A stretch of DNA of 62,291 bases, counting the filler, from Sphacelaria rigidula (Eukaryota), in NCBI GenBank assembly GCA_964200075.2. It is 6 parts of 6 records of this genome, joined end to end, with 100 filler letters (N's around TTAATTAATTAA, not from the genome) between each part and the next. Parts side by side here need not be neighbours in the genome. Positions count along the whole stretch, not along the records: positions 20,800 to 31,098 come from CAXNAA020006763.1; positions 31,199 to 41,496 come from CAXNAA020006764.1; 4 more parts are not named here. One strand, 5' to 3'. The notes beneath the pieces are model-generated. The model saw nothing but the letters and a program-made list of their open reading frames with translations, did no database searches and was not told where the DNA came from. Below, piece by piece: positions 24,611-37,534 of this stretch. The first letter of the stretch is position 1. Every line of letters begins with the position of its first letter. A program made the position numbers and the translations under genes.

Positions 24611-25286
24611 CTCCTGTGTTGACCCTCCTGTGTGACCCCGGCTGCTGCGCCCACATATCCCGAAAGGTGCAGACTGGCATCCAGAAAAAATGGGACGACA
24701 ACACACACACAGTACAATACCGTGAGGCTTCTCCCCCGTGGTCTTTTGTATGCGTTTGATACGTATGCAGACGCAATATGCCATCTTGATTCAACGTTGA
24801 GCGACAACGTCTTGGGGGTTTGAGGCTACTAGGGTAAGGAGTGAAGGTTGCTAGATATGGTGTAGTAGTTCTTTTTATCGTCGGTCCTCCCGTCCTCATG
24901 CTGGCCACGTCTTTCCTGACGGAAACATGTTACAATACTCCCAAACCTCTTCAACACGTCAGCGAGAGATCCCCCCCCCCCCCCAAAGAAGTGAATACGA
25001 AGACGCGGGAAGAGTAAAACCACCTCGAGCAGGAACTCGTGTCGAGTTCACATCGATGGCTACGGAAAATAACACTGCGCTTTGGAGTAAATAACGCGGC
25101 AAAGAACAGATACAGATCCCTTGAGAGGGAAGTTTTCTGCGCAAAGGATTCTGCATATACCCCACCGCTATACAATACCAAGTAAAGCCACCTCGTTTTT
25201 TTGCGCGTGGGCATTTGGTACTCGAAAGTGCAGTTCTTGTGTTGAATGGCCACCGCATGTAACATTGAAAAAAAAACAAGAACTAT

Positions 25287-25710
25287 AACATCTGATTATC
25301 AAAATGGGGTTGAACAAAAAAATGAGGCTCAACTCAAAAGCAGTGCTTTCCCTGACCTAAAGTCATGACCAATGACTTTCATATGGATGACCTCATCCCT
25401 CCCGACCTCCCTGAAACTATTTCGTGGGGGTTCCCAGTTTTCCGTTTCCCCAAAGGGTATGTGCGAAAGCACGATTCATGGGCCAAAAAACGTCTCTCGT
25501 TTCACCCCGAAATCGAGGCAAAAATGTGCTTTCGCACATACCCTTCGGGGGAACGGAAGGCTAGAAATCCCCCGAAATAGTTTTAGGGAGGTCGGGAGGG
25601 ATGGGGGGGTCCATATAAAAGTCATTTGTCACGAATTCAGGTCAGGGAAAGCACGGCTTTTGAGTCGAACCTCATTTTTTTTTCAACCCCATTTTCGAGA
25701 ATCGGCTGTT
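25287..25710. mobile_element. MITE with ~140-bp imperfect TIRs
   Basis: AAAATGGGGTTGAA..TGAGG.TC.ACTCAAAAGC.GTGCTTTCCCTGACCT..CCCTCCCGACCTCCCT.AAACTATTTCG mirrored at the right end; a related fragment lies at 26267-26350. Confidence 0.8.
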
Positions 25711-26350
25711 TGTGGGAGTCAAACCCGCTCAAACCCCTCGTCAACTTGTCGTAGTGCACACAGCACCCTACTCTTACGAGCTTCGCCGCCCTAGGGCTCT
25801 ACTGGCAAAGTGTGCCTTGGTGAACCTCAGATGGGCGTCACTGGCGCCCACCTAAACAAAAAAAACGACGTGGCGATTTCTCATGCGAGGTAGAGAAGAG
25901 AATGTGTTGTTGTTATTTCGAGGGAGGTCTGTCCGAGTTGCATGTGAGACGTCGAACATCTCTGGAGCTGTGGGAAAATTGTTTGTCCAAAACCAAAGGT
26001 GAAGCCACGGGCGTACGAAACCCGCTCACGGACAGAGCGGCAACTCTCTTCCGAGTTGGCGCAATCCAAGAAAAATATAAGCCCATTTTTTCGGGCGAAA
26101 ATTGGCCCCCGAGTCGCCGAAAATGGCGTCATTTCTCCGAAGATGAAATTCCCACAATAAATGCTGGCGAAGTTAGTTGTGGTACACACTTACATCACAC
26201 ATGTATCACTGCATACAGTGCGTACAACAGACATCGGTACGGAAGAGGTTATCGACGAAGATGACGTTCAACAATAAAAGCGAGTTTTAACTCCAAAACA
26301 GTGCTTTTCCTGACCGCGAGTCATGACAAAATAACTTTCATATGAACATA

Positions 26351-26471
26351 GCCCGGGTGGTGTGATGGCCCGACTGTCGCCATCAGGGTGGAGAGAACGA
26401 GGTTTCGATCCCCGTTGCATGCGTTGGTTTTTTTCTTCGTGATATTTGATTTCCACCGTGGAAAGCGTGAG
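26351..26471 (+). mobile_element. tRNA-derived SINE head interrupted by the copia LTR
   Basis: GCCCGGGTGGTGTGATGG..GGTTTCGATCCC..TTTCCACCGTGGAAAGCGTGAG|TGTCAGG; colinear with the 22430-22778 SINE up to the LTR. Confidence 0.75.
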
Positions 26472-26799
26472 TGTCAGGATTAAACGGTGTGCAGTACCCT
26501 GAACGTGTCGCAGGGGCAGGCGCCACAGCTGCTAAGCTGATCGGGAGAAGGATGTAAACACAAAGTACGCAGCTTGTATTGATGGGATCCCGATAACGTG
26601 GAGAGAAGAGTAAACAAGAAGGTGACCATCTACAGACCTACAGTACCATCACTCTGACGGTTACAACAAGTTGAACCGTAACCAATCACACCGACTATTC
26701 TGTGTCTGAGAGTCCGAATGACAGCCTGCAACCATGACAACGCCTTAATGCTCTTGAACGTTGACTACTGACTGATTAGACATTTATCATTTCTTGACA
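26472..26799 (-). repeat. 3' LTR of the copia element (328 bp)
   Basis: TGTCAGGA...TCTTGACA inverted termini; adjacent CTCCCCCTCAA is the reverse complement of a polypurine tract. Confidence 0.85.
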
Positions 26800-29700
26800 C
26801 TCCCCCTCAACGGAAATAGCATCTTGAAAATATCATTCTTTATCGCGATTATCTTCAATTAATAACATCAATATAATGTTAAAAAGTTAACGGACAGTAT
26901 ACTCACATTGAACATACCAATCCTTGACCAACTGATTTCAAATAAGCTACAGATGGCAAATAAATACATTCAAACCTAAAACTAGTAATTCTACTGCTAC
27001 GATAAGCTATCCATTCATCGTTTAAAGTAATAACTCTACTGCTACGGTAAGCTATCCACTCTGTGTTTGTAGTGCTTTCGTCGTCGTCGTTGTCCTGCTC
27101 GAACAGTCACATCGGTGTTGGTCCACTCAGAACCTGAGTAATGTTCTTTTAACAAGTAAGACGCAAACGTCGCACAGAAAGAAGACACAGAGGGCAAGAC
27201 ACAGAATGCTCAAGAAGCGAACAGTTTACCCATTGAACCAGTGAGCGACTGGCTCCCCCATTCAAGCCTTTTGTTAGTTGTTGAAGTTCTTGATAAGATT
27301 CAAAAGGTGACGGAACCTCTGAACTGAAATAAACTTTGTTCCAATGTCAGCTATTTGATTCTCTGTTTCAATGTAATGAACAGTGATCTTCCCAGATTCC
27401 ATCAATTCCCCCAGAAAGAAGAAACGCAAAGCGATGTGTGTCGTCCTTCCGCTGAAAATACGGTTGGCAATCACTTGAAGAGTTGCTGTGTTGTCTAGGT
27501 AGATAGGTACTGTGTTGAATGATTATCCACATCCCATCTCAATGATCATATTCGAGCAATAGACCGCCTTCTTGATGGCAAGTGCTCCGGCAACCAGTTC
27601 CGCTTCCATCGTTGACTGTGCAGTAAGTCCCTGTAGCCCGACTTGAAAGCTAACCGGGGCTTTCGGAGTAGGCTAGTCGTCTCAACTCGTTGCGAGTCTA
27701 GTCTGACATTTCACTAGTTTGAGGGTATGGAGCCTGTACGGGTTGCGAATGTGAGCGTGTGCGTGTGCTCACACCAGACGTAGGTCTTGCTCTGTCATCT
27801 GTAGAATTAACATGAGGACCAGAGTCAGGATCAGCACCAGTATTAGTAGAGGTGGAACCAGCAGTGGACAAGAGGTCTGCAAAACTTGTGTAATTGCTCG
27901 TCAATTGTGCGTTGTGAGCGGTCCAAAGGGGCATAAACATTGCTGGTCGGAGACGCACGCAGGTCGGGAGTAGAGGTGTGCTGCCTAATATCGTCGAGGA
28001 GGTCGGTCTCGGTGTTGTAGCCAGATCCTCCCTCCCACGCCGAGTCTGTGCCGAAGTCGATGTTTGTAGATTCGCCCGCCACCTGCGGTACATGTACTGC
28101 TGGGATTTCGATGAACACAACATTCCTGCTTTCAGCGACTCTCCTTCTTTGGGCATCCCATAGTCTCCAACCTTTGCTGTTGAAGGCATAACCTACCTTG
28201 ACGGCCTCGAATGCCTTAGCCGCAAGCTTCTTCGTGTGTGTAGTACTTCAATATGTACAAAAGCACGGGCACCAATCACACGAAGATGCGACAACTCCGG
28301 CCAAAGGGGGACTCCATGTTCAGCGCAGAGTGCGGAACATGATTCATCAGGTATGCAGCCGTGTAGGCCAATTCACCCCAGAGAAAACATGGAAGCTCGC
28401 CGTCCGCCAGCATGCATCGAATCATAGCAACCAGCATCCCTCCATCGCGTTCGGAAATCCCAATCTGCTGAGGCGTGTTGGTGGCAGAAAACTCAATGCG
28501 AACCCCAGAGTTCGAACATTATGTGTGAACTCGTTTCCTGTGTACTCCCCTCCTTTGTCAGCACGGAGTCGCTTCACACGGGCTCCAAGTGGGATCACTT
28601 CCGTTTGGATGAAAGTCGGGAATGTCTTCAGAGCATCGCCCTTTGACTGCGTGAGATATACGTACTTCGATCGCGTCAGAAAGTCCGTCAACTTGTTCAT
28701 GTATTTAAATCCCCCAATTGCTTCTGGGGTAATCGGTCCCATCATATCACCAATTATTAGTTCGTACGGACGAGATACTTTGTAGACGGCAGTCTTGGGG
28801 TGAGCCTGTTGTTTACTGTTGCTCAACGCACACGTGTCGCACGGAGAAAGATTCCCCGTGAAAATCACCCCATTCCTGTCGATGCCTCGTATTGTGTGAA
28901 GTGTCTGGCTAGACACGTGTTCGAGGCGCCGGTGCCACAATCCTGCGTCCGCTGTGGTTCACATCGCCACTGTATTTGTTGTTTTCCCTTCGGCTGAAGC
29001 CACCTGTTTTCCTGTACCCGCGCCGGCCGCACGATCCACCGTATGATGAATGTATATAGACCGTGGTCATGGAGTGGCTATTTCAGGGCTAGTTGGAAAG
29101 ACGCGACTTCCAAGCGTGGATTCGCCGGGTCGAACACGACGTTGATTCCTCTTGTGACAGCGATCTTGACGGAGAACAAACGGCGCCTCAGACCTGGTAC
29201 TACATAAGATGGGAGAGATACTTCGTGAGGGACTCCATGTTGGTCTGTCACCGTTCCAAGGACAGTAACTGAAGCTGTAGCATTTAGCACATGTCCTCCG
29301 GCCGCAGTTATTTGAAAGGGATTGGGTAAAATTGTGTAGTCGGGAAAAGTCTCCAGTAAGCCAGGATTCAAAAAGTTGTCAAGAAAATTGTCGGTCGTCC
29401 CGCTATCGACCAGTAGGGAGAGTAGAGTGTCAGAAGCCAGCAAAGCTACACCCATAGTGGGATGTACCGTTTTACTTCCCGCTGCTTCCCCAATCGCTAC
29501 ATATATCCGACCGTCCCCGACGGGTGACACTTCAGGCTAAATCGGTCTCCCCAGGGAGAGAGTTGATGCTGGTTGACTGAAAAAAGACATACATCGTAGC
29601 CGGGGCCATGCCAGAAAATGAGAAGCCTCCATTCTGAGCCGTAGGGCCACTGCCCGCTATACCCACTGCTTCTGAACTACCAGCAGCTGGGTATCCTGTT

Positions 29701-31098
29701 GTAGCACCAGCCGTTGGTTGTGACTGGTGTGCGGGTGCACCGATGACTGCGTTTGAAGGGCACGCCGCCATATGCGCGTAGTGCGCCACACCAGCAGCGG
29801 CACTCTCTTTTGAATGCGGCAGTCAGCATCGTCATGAGTTTTGGAACGATGATGAAAACACCGCCTCGTCGTCTTTTCTTTATCGTTGGTTTCATTGGTG
29901 CCTGACTTACCCCCCTTTCTCCTTCCTGCCTCTACGTTTCGCCTGACAATTCGTAGGGCAATCCCGCCGGTAGTGTCCGAGTTTGTTGAAAGCGAAACAC
30001 TCGATGCCTGCTGCCTCAGCAGACAGTGCAGTGCTGGGTCCAGCAATGGACAAACGAGAACCCGAGCGAGCCACATGATCAACATAATAGCGAATGACTG
30101 AGGCTCAAAGTTTCTCGAGCCCAAAATTCTCGTCGACGTGTATGTTGGGTTATGCCGGCATATTCGGCAGGTAGGCCCTGGATAATTATGTCTTCGTATC
30201 TAATAACGGACACCGGCTCGCCGAGGACGCGCAGGCGATTCCGATCAGTGTCCTGTTCTCGGAAGTAAATTCAAGGGTCTGCCCCATGCTTCATGCGACG
30301 TGACATTAGAGAGCGAGTAGTAGTATGGATCGCTTCCTTTGTTCGACCAAAATATTATGCTTCTAGGTCCTTCCATGCTGCATGCCCATCTCCTGAGATC
30401 GTCGTACCAACAGTGGTATCTTCACCACTGTCGGACTCGTAGACTTCTTGCTCGAATTGAGCAATAACAGGCTGCGCGGGCCCTGATGTTATAAGGTAAA
30501 GTAAAGAAAACAGCTCTGTTTGAGCCTTGGCCCAAGCTCGGTTTTTTGCGGCGGAAGCATTATCAGTAGGCGGCCGCTTACTCTTGACCAGTGATAACAC
30601 GTCAGATGCATGCAGGCTCAGCAGCACTCGCAATTTAGAACGCCAGTCTCTAAATTTGGCAAGGTCATCCCCGTCAAAGATGTCCAGCAGGCACATTGTC
30701 TGTGTAACACCTTTCTGCGCCTCGGTCATGTTGCTTTCGGGACGTATGACTTGTGCCCAAAGAACCGCACTCCAGTCAGTGTGCTGACCAAGTCACAACT
30801 CGTCTGTATAGACGAGCTCACGTCGCTTTGTGCTAACCCTAAGCACCTCTCGTTCTGTATAGACGAGCTGTCAACACCTGCTAGAAACAGCCAGCTACAC
30901 TGTGCTGGAATCCGCAAACACAAAAAGTCAATGTGATGCTCCAGTGATGAAGCCGCACTCCGTTCAGTGTGCGAACCCAACACACCACTCGTGCTGTGAC
31001 ACATTCTACGATAGCACCCCCTCAAAAAGTGCATGGTTTTGGGAGTCAAAACCTTCACGTAAATCGAAATGGGAAAAGCCGAGCACAACGAGAAGCTG
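26472..31098 (-). mobile_element. Ty1/copia LTR retrotransposon, degenerate, RT domain missing, 5' LTR beyond contig end
   Basis: gag (30355-30729, FDGDDLAKFRDW), zinc knuckle CFAFNKLGHYRRDC (~29955-30000), protease LLVDSG (29078-29530), integrase WHRRLEH..CDTC..IGDMMGP..LRADKGGEY (28422-28940), RNase H QSTMEAE..DN..QIADIGTK (27274-27660), PPT and 3' LTR. Many stops and frameshifts. Confidence 0.92.
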
Positions 31099-31198
31099 NN
31101 NNNNNNNNNNNNNNNNNNNNNNNNNNNNNNNNNNNNNNNNNNTTAATTAATTAANNNNNNNNNNNNNNNNNNNNNNNNNNNNNNNNNNNNNNNNNNNN
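31099..31198. other. artificial contig linker
   Basis: N44-TTAATTAATTAA-N44. Confidence 0.97.
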
Positions 31199-31278
31199 CG
31201 CCCCGGCTTTGAAGGGATGCGAGGTCAATGGTCTGATGACTATGGCATGCATGATCATGAGTACACCCCCCCCCCCCC
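31199..31278 (+). mobile_element. repeat family C 3' end with C13 tail
   Basis: CCCGGCTTTGAAGGGATGCGAGGTCAATGG..GACTATGGCATGCATGATCATGAGTACA-C13. Confidence 0.85.
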
Positions 31279-31434
31279 ATTAGTACGGCATATGTGCCTT
31301 CTACAGTGGTCGCACCTACCGCGGCACCCATCTTCTGTGGTTTTGTTTGTGTTCCTCGTTGTACCTGTACTACCTACCTCCTGCGCTAACTGTAGAGCCT
31401 GATTAACACGCACATCATGTAACCTGTGCCTCAG

Positions 31435-34400
31435 GCCGATCCCGAGACATTCCAGTTCGGTAACCACTGGCCTACTTTCATCGAACTGGCCAATCGTGCT
31501 TTGGAAAGCAGAGACCCAGCAGTGCACGCCAAGGTAGGTTGGCGATGAACAGCGGACTCCATGGGTCAGAGGGGATTACGGGACGGCGGGCACAGGTAGA
31601 CGGCAACTGGGTGTTACTGTGAGTGTGTATTTGGCATGCTAGTATATTGGTCGACCGCAAACTGGCACGGGTGACGTTTTCAACGCGCATATGATAAATT
31701 CTTGTCGACACTCGAGGCAGACAGGACGTCATATCGTCAGCTATAATGGTTCCGAGGAGAGATGAAAACACTCAGGGGGCGACTCGATACTGCGTGACAT
31801 TGATCGGCCGGGTTCTCGTGTTAACGAGACGGTTGAACCTGTTTCTTCACGGTTTCCTATCGGCAATGGTTCTCCATTTTATTGCCGATCCTTTGGGAGA
31901 CAAACTTTCCGTTTCGTCGATCGTTTTTTCTTTCAGGCCGTAACACTGCACTGGGTCATGTTCGAGAAGGCAATGGGCATGAATGCCGCGGATCTGTGCG
32001 AAGCATTGCTCGCCCATACTCTGCGCTACTTTGAAGCAACTGTGCACGTGGTATCCGATCGAGTACCCCACCCGCACACCAATGCCGATGGCGAGAAGGG
32101 TGATGTCGTCAGTGGGGGAGTCGGGAGAGACCGCATGATGATAGTCGGAGATTCTGAGCTGATATGTGCCGCACGGCAGGCCAGAGCTTTGCACGGAATG
32201 CTCATGACCATCCACGAGGTAAGTTGCACTCGAATGACGTTTTGTCCTCCTAAAATACTGTTGCCTGGTGTAGTTCTAGTGGACGACATGTAGCGTCCCT
32301 TGTGTGCCAAGCAACCGGAGCTTGTGTGTGTCGTGCTTGAGGTTGAGCCATTGAGACCTTACTCGTCAAGCCTTCAAGAGTGATATTTTCGGAGAATAGC
32401 GTACACCATCCATTGATTATTTTGATTGAACCCTCCCGCTGTGTGTGATGTAATTTTACACTTGTACGAATCTTGCAGGCGTTCCAGCATTTACCAGAAC
32501 GTCGCATATGGGGTATCGTTGAGAGAGTTTTCGCTCTATTGGAGAAATCCGCAGATCGTTTTCAACACAGCCAAAGCGAGACAACTTTCGAAAGTCCAAC
32601 AGCGCCGGTGAACAACGCCGCCGACGTCTGCAGAGACGGCAACAAAAATTCTACCGGTGGAACAACACCGGTTGATCCCTGGCTCTCAGAGGATGAGCCC
32701 TCCTGGAACTTGCCCGCTGCGCTTCTGCCTGCCCACTTCCTCGCTGTTGCTGGTTCCGTCGACCAATGGTTTCCGTCTTGGCTGAGGGTCTTGCCGACTG
32801 GAAGACTCGTGCGCGCCGTGAACAACTCACGTCTCGTGGCTGCCATGATCCAACGATGCGACGGGCAGGGAAGAGCTCCCCTCCACCTAAGCGGCCAAAC
32901 TCGCCACCCTTCCTCCGATCATCTCGATGCTGTGGCGGGTGTTCCTACCTCCTCGCCTAACCTGAAAGATACTGCCGTGTCGGTAGCAACCAGGGCAGCA
33001 CCGCGTGTTTTGCGGCATAGGCTAAGCGTGAGTACCATGACCCCCGTTGCCGGTTCGTTCGGGTGGAATGGTGGCGCAACGCCCGCCGCCCCGATGGGGC
33101 GTGTGTTGTGGCTCTCCTTGGGGGAGTTGGATCGTGCGTTGCTGCTGCAGTCTCTATCGTTTCTCGGAACACTTGCAACGCACTGTCGCGGCGCCATGCG
33201 ACCGGTTCCGCCTCTATGTGGGGCTCCTGTTGATGAGGCTGGTGACGAAGCAGGACGGTGCGAGGGGGAACAAGACGATTTGGCCAAGGCGTGCGAGAGG
33301 GGGAGTAAGGACAGGCATCGGACGTCAGGTGGTAGTGGAGATCTAGAAAATATTGGATCCGAGGGTGGTTTCGACCAAGGAAGAGAGGTGCTGGGGGCGC
33401 TCGTTCGGTGCGTCCGCAGAGAGTTCGGCCGGGTGGCCTCCGAGACCGACGCACCGTCCGCTCTTCTGCGACAGGCGGAGACGGTAAAAAGGTCGAGGGA
33501 TGTGCGCTGGGTTGCGCTGGAACACATTAGGCGGCTAGCGAGGGCCACGGTGGGTACGAAGCCAACGCCGTTCGCACCCGAGTGCATCGATGGGTTGCTG
33601 TCTACGTTAAACGTCAACGACTCCATGGTTGAACCAGAACGCGGCACGATCATCGATCATGGCAGCCATAATTTTCATGGTGCTCGACGTCGACATGCTG
33701 GCCTGGAGCACGACCCTGCCATTCTCGAGGCACTGGCTGACGTCGCCGGTGTGCTTCTGTCGTCGCGAGGCTCGTCGGATGGGTTCTTTGTCCAGGGCAA
33801 GGCGGGAACGGAGGCATCTCGCTCTCTTCAGACGCTCGTCAGATTTACCGCCCAGCTCGCACGAGAAGCCTGCTTCTTGTTGCAGGATATGGGAAATCGC
33901 GACAACAGAATGCACGATGGACGTCACCTTGAGCGTGAAGGCGAGGGGAGCTCAATATTGACACCGACCCCATCTCACTATAAAAGACAGCTTGCTGTCG
34001 ATTTCGCGTGCGTGCTCACTCAACTCTCAGGTTGCACTCCCGTGCAGCGCGCGGCCGGATGGAGGGCGCTTTGGCAAAACCGTTTCCCGCAGACCATGGC
34101 CGAGTACGTAAACGAACTCGGCCGTTGTCGTTGTGATTGCATTCCTGGCGAAGACACTCACAGGGGAAGCCGGAGCCCCAATTACCGCCTTCCCCGAGCG
34201 GGTGCCTGCGGGTGCCCGTGCGACCTAAGCGATTGCAAACAGAACGAGGATCTTCGCCGACGCCTGGTGCTGTCTCTCGCGGAGTGGGCGCGAGACATGT
34301 CAGGTCTGAATGCTCTACGCCGCGTTGGCCTGGTACAGCCGTGTGCGTCCTACCTCTCGCAGGAGGTCGCGCTGCGCCATTTGTTCCCAAGCACCCGAAA

Positions 34401-37256
34401 AGAGTGCCCTGATCAACGCGCTCTTGCTCTTGTCGCCAGGCTTGCGCTCTGCCGTGAGGGCCTCGACGGATTGGTGTGCCAGCACGACGGTGTGGTCGAT
34501 GGGGTAGATCAGGGGCTTCACGAGCTTGGCCAATCAGAGAACATTGCGGCAATGCTTCAATCCGCTGCGCCAGAGCTTGGTCCCTGCGTTGCCGACGGTA
34601 GCGAGGAGGGAAATGCTGGGCCTCTTGTAACGCGCAGGGCTGTGAGGGGAGACGTCATCGGAGAACACATCGGAGATTTGCGATGTTTGGACTTCGTGCG
34701 GCGCCTGACTTTGTCTAGATCCGGGTGGAGGGTAGGCATGATGGGCAGTGAAGTAGCGCAGGACACGCAACACCGATGGGTGCAATGGGCTGTTGCATGT
34801 GCGCTATCGGGGCAGAGCAGCATCGGGGGAGAATACGAGGGGTGTGAAGAGTCAGAACAGCTTCAAGATTATACTTCTGTGATATCTGAGGACATACGTT
34901 TGGTGGGCCTGAAGCTCGTGTCGGAGCTTACAAACGATCTTACTTCGGCAGTGGAGATAGAGGTGAGGTGGTCGGTTAGCTCAGAGCTACAACGAAACAC
35001 GAAGGAGGTTTTCGAGGCGCAGACAGCGAGCATGAAAGTGGGATCGATTAATGCGATGCTCACGAGTAAGCCGAGGGCGACACCGCTTCAAGGCGAAGCT
35101 ACACCGCAACCCATGGACGTGGAGTCGGGTGAGAACGTTTCCACGACTGACGAGCTACATGTGGATGGTGATGCTGACGTACCCGACGGTATCCTGGACC
35201 CTGTAGCCCTCGCACGCGCGCGCCTACTGGCCTCCCTTAGCTTGATCGGTGGTCCTGGAGAGGCTCGCCACATCCGTTTTCGACAGCTCCAACGTGCACA
35301 GGCTGTGGCGGGAGGAGTTGCTGCCGCACCCGGCGGTAGTACATGTCAGCCACCTGCCTGGCAACAAGCTCACTGTTGTGATTTGACATATTTTCCAGCG
35401 CATCATCTTCAAGACGAGGAGTGGTTTGCCGCTGCAGCCTCGTGCGTCCCGACAGTAATTGCGAGTTTGGCCAAGCCAGGCTACCAAGTGGACCGAGGAA
35501 AAGCGGCCTTCGCCTTGCTCAGAGAAGCAGCGACGAGAGACTGCCCTCATCTTCTGGGCGGTCAGGTGGCAGATGAGCACCTGCAGCTTGTTTCGCCAGC
35601 CGTCGCTGACTGCAGCATTGAAGGCGGTAGGGTGAACGGCCGCCGGCATATTGTCAACAACCACAGTGGCGATCGGCCCACTTGCCAGCGCAGTGACAGC
35701 TGTTCCAACTTAGATACGGGCGCCGTCGTTGGGTCTTTGAGCTTCTCCTACGCCTGCGGTCTGGGAGTGGCCGCTGAGAACTCAAAACAATCATTCAAAC
35801 AAGGAATGAGCATGACGTTAGGGACGGCGGCGGCGTTGACGTCATCTTGGCCGCTATCCGGGGTGGCCGGAACTTCCCATTCTGCTGCGCCCGCTCCCGC
35901 ACCTCATGAATATGCGGATTCGTCGGCTCATGTGCACTGCGATTGGTTTGCCGTCGTAGTCTTTCTGTTGTCGCGAGGAGACGGTGAGGCATCAAGCGAG
36001 CTTCTTGGAAATCTCGCTCGTGGTCGCGTCCCCCGAGCAGCCATTGTGTGGCCGCTTGCTGGCCGTAATTTCGCAATTACGAAGACATCAGTTGCCGAGG
36101 CTGTGTCGCCCTCGAATATCGCGCGTACTAATACCGTCAGTGGTACTCTTGGAGGCCACAAGTCTAGCCCCGAACGAGAGATGACTAGCGATTACCTGAG
36201 CGAGAGTGATGCGGTACCGCCTCACAACCCCCCGTCACCATCATGCGACCATCGCACAGTAGTACGAGCGGAGACTAGCCAGGGAGACCCACCGCTGCTT
36301 CTGCTTGCCGCGCTGGTCGAAGAGCTGGTGGAGGAGGAATTGCCACTCCTGACTGCAGCGATGAGGGTGGCCGGCTGGGCGGTTGCGCCTCTTGCCGTGC
36401 GATGGATGTATCAGTGCATGCTAGGCGTGGTGGATTGGGCTGGGGTTGTTGCATACATCTCCCTGGCATTGCTTCGAGGAGCAGAGTTCCAGGTAGGACG
36501 TGGGCACGGACTTATGGGAGGGGTGGGAAGGAGGGGGCGGCGTGTTCTGGGTATGTTGTTTGTATTTGACTGCCCTGTATAGTAAGTAGGGTTGGAAGCA
36601 GGCCACCAAAAGTAGCGAAGGTCTCTCATGACCGCTTGCGGGTGGCATGCTTGCCGTGGTCGTGTGTGCACGTAGTATTTCGTCCGCAGTTTGTTTTTTC
36701 GTGCGCTGGTTTTTCATTCGTGTGGTGAAGTGTCATATACCGGGGAAGACGAGAAAGTGGCAAGGGCGTTCGTCCTGCAACCTACCGACGAGGTTAATGG
36801 CGACGCGACTCGGTACTGTTGCTGAACTTTTCGAGTACACCCCACGGTAGCAAAATGATACGGGTAACCCCTTGAAGGGCTGTGTACCCGTCTGGTGTTG
36901 GGCAACGGAGGATTGACCTTGGCTCAATACTCGCGGTCGACAAACAAGAAGGATGCTGGCCTCACGTGTTTGCCTAGACCCAGCACCTTGATCGCTGTTT
37001 TTCAACTTGTCGTTTTTGTTCTGTGTTTTGTCGAAAACAACAGGTGTACTTCGTGGTTGCCGTACTGCAATGCACTCAGTCTGCGGTTGTAGAGGCTGCT
37101 TCGCTAGGACGAGATCTGACCAACATTCTCGGTCGCGGCGATGCTCTCTCGAGATTTGACGTGCCGACGGCGCTGCTCTACGTGGAGCAGCTGGCGGATC
37201 GACATCAGGATCGATGCGTGGGAGCTATTCGGGATTATTTCTTTACGGATTCGTGA
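31435..37256 (+). CDS. TBC1D32: BROMI / broad-minded (TBC1D32) homolog, ciliary protein, 5'-partial; exons 31435-31533, 31937-32218, 32479-36492, 37044-37256
   Basis: All-phase-0 AG/GT exons. The N-part (NHWPTFIELANRALESRDP..HLPERRIWGIVERVFALL..AHFLAVAGSVDQWFPSW) and the C-terminal TBC-like part (HCDWFAVVVFLL..VEELVEEELPLL..RWMYQCMLGVVDW..GAEFQVYFVVAVL) align by eye with BROMI-family motifs. Confidence 0.82.
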
Positions 37257-37534
37257 GGATGTACTCATGATCTTCTATGCCGTGGTCATCAGACGATTGG
37301 CCTCGCATCCCTATAAAGTCGGGACGGAGCACGCAGGGTTGTCGCCGAACCAGGCTCGCAATCAAATCATGAAGCGTGAAGCGCCGTGATGTGCTCGGCG
37401 AGATTATTCGGCCCGAAGCATACTGATTATCTTGCATCTGGATGACAGCCTCCAATGAGTTGCTTCATTTTCTGGTATCGCCACTCCCAGAGACAGCCAC
37501 GGGTTCCACAATGCCTCATGGGTGTCTCACCGCA
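37255..37534 (-). mobile_element. repeat family C copy with 10-12 bp target-site duplication at the TBC1D32 stop codon
   Basis: TTACGGATTCGT at 37243-37254 and again at 37535-37546. Confidence 0.88.

Noticed and set aside
31199-31260. Hammerhead ribozyme in repeat C (CTGATGA plus upstream GAAA-stem)
   Set aside because: CTGATGA is present in only two copies and no stem I or II pairing could be built.
36493-36582. C-terminus of the 1369-aa ORF (VGRGHGLMGG...DCPV)
   Set aside because: Read-through into an intron; donor GT at 36493 splices to 37044 and restores the conserved FQVYFVVAVL motif.
20800-37256. Kinase gene, copia and TBC1D32 as a linked cluster; likewise the esterase-like exon at 40351 with LYPLAL1
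   Set aside because: They lie on different contigs separated by artificial linkers.
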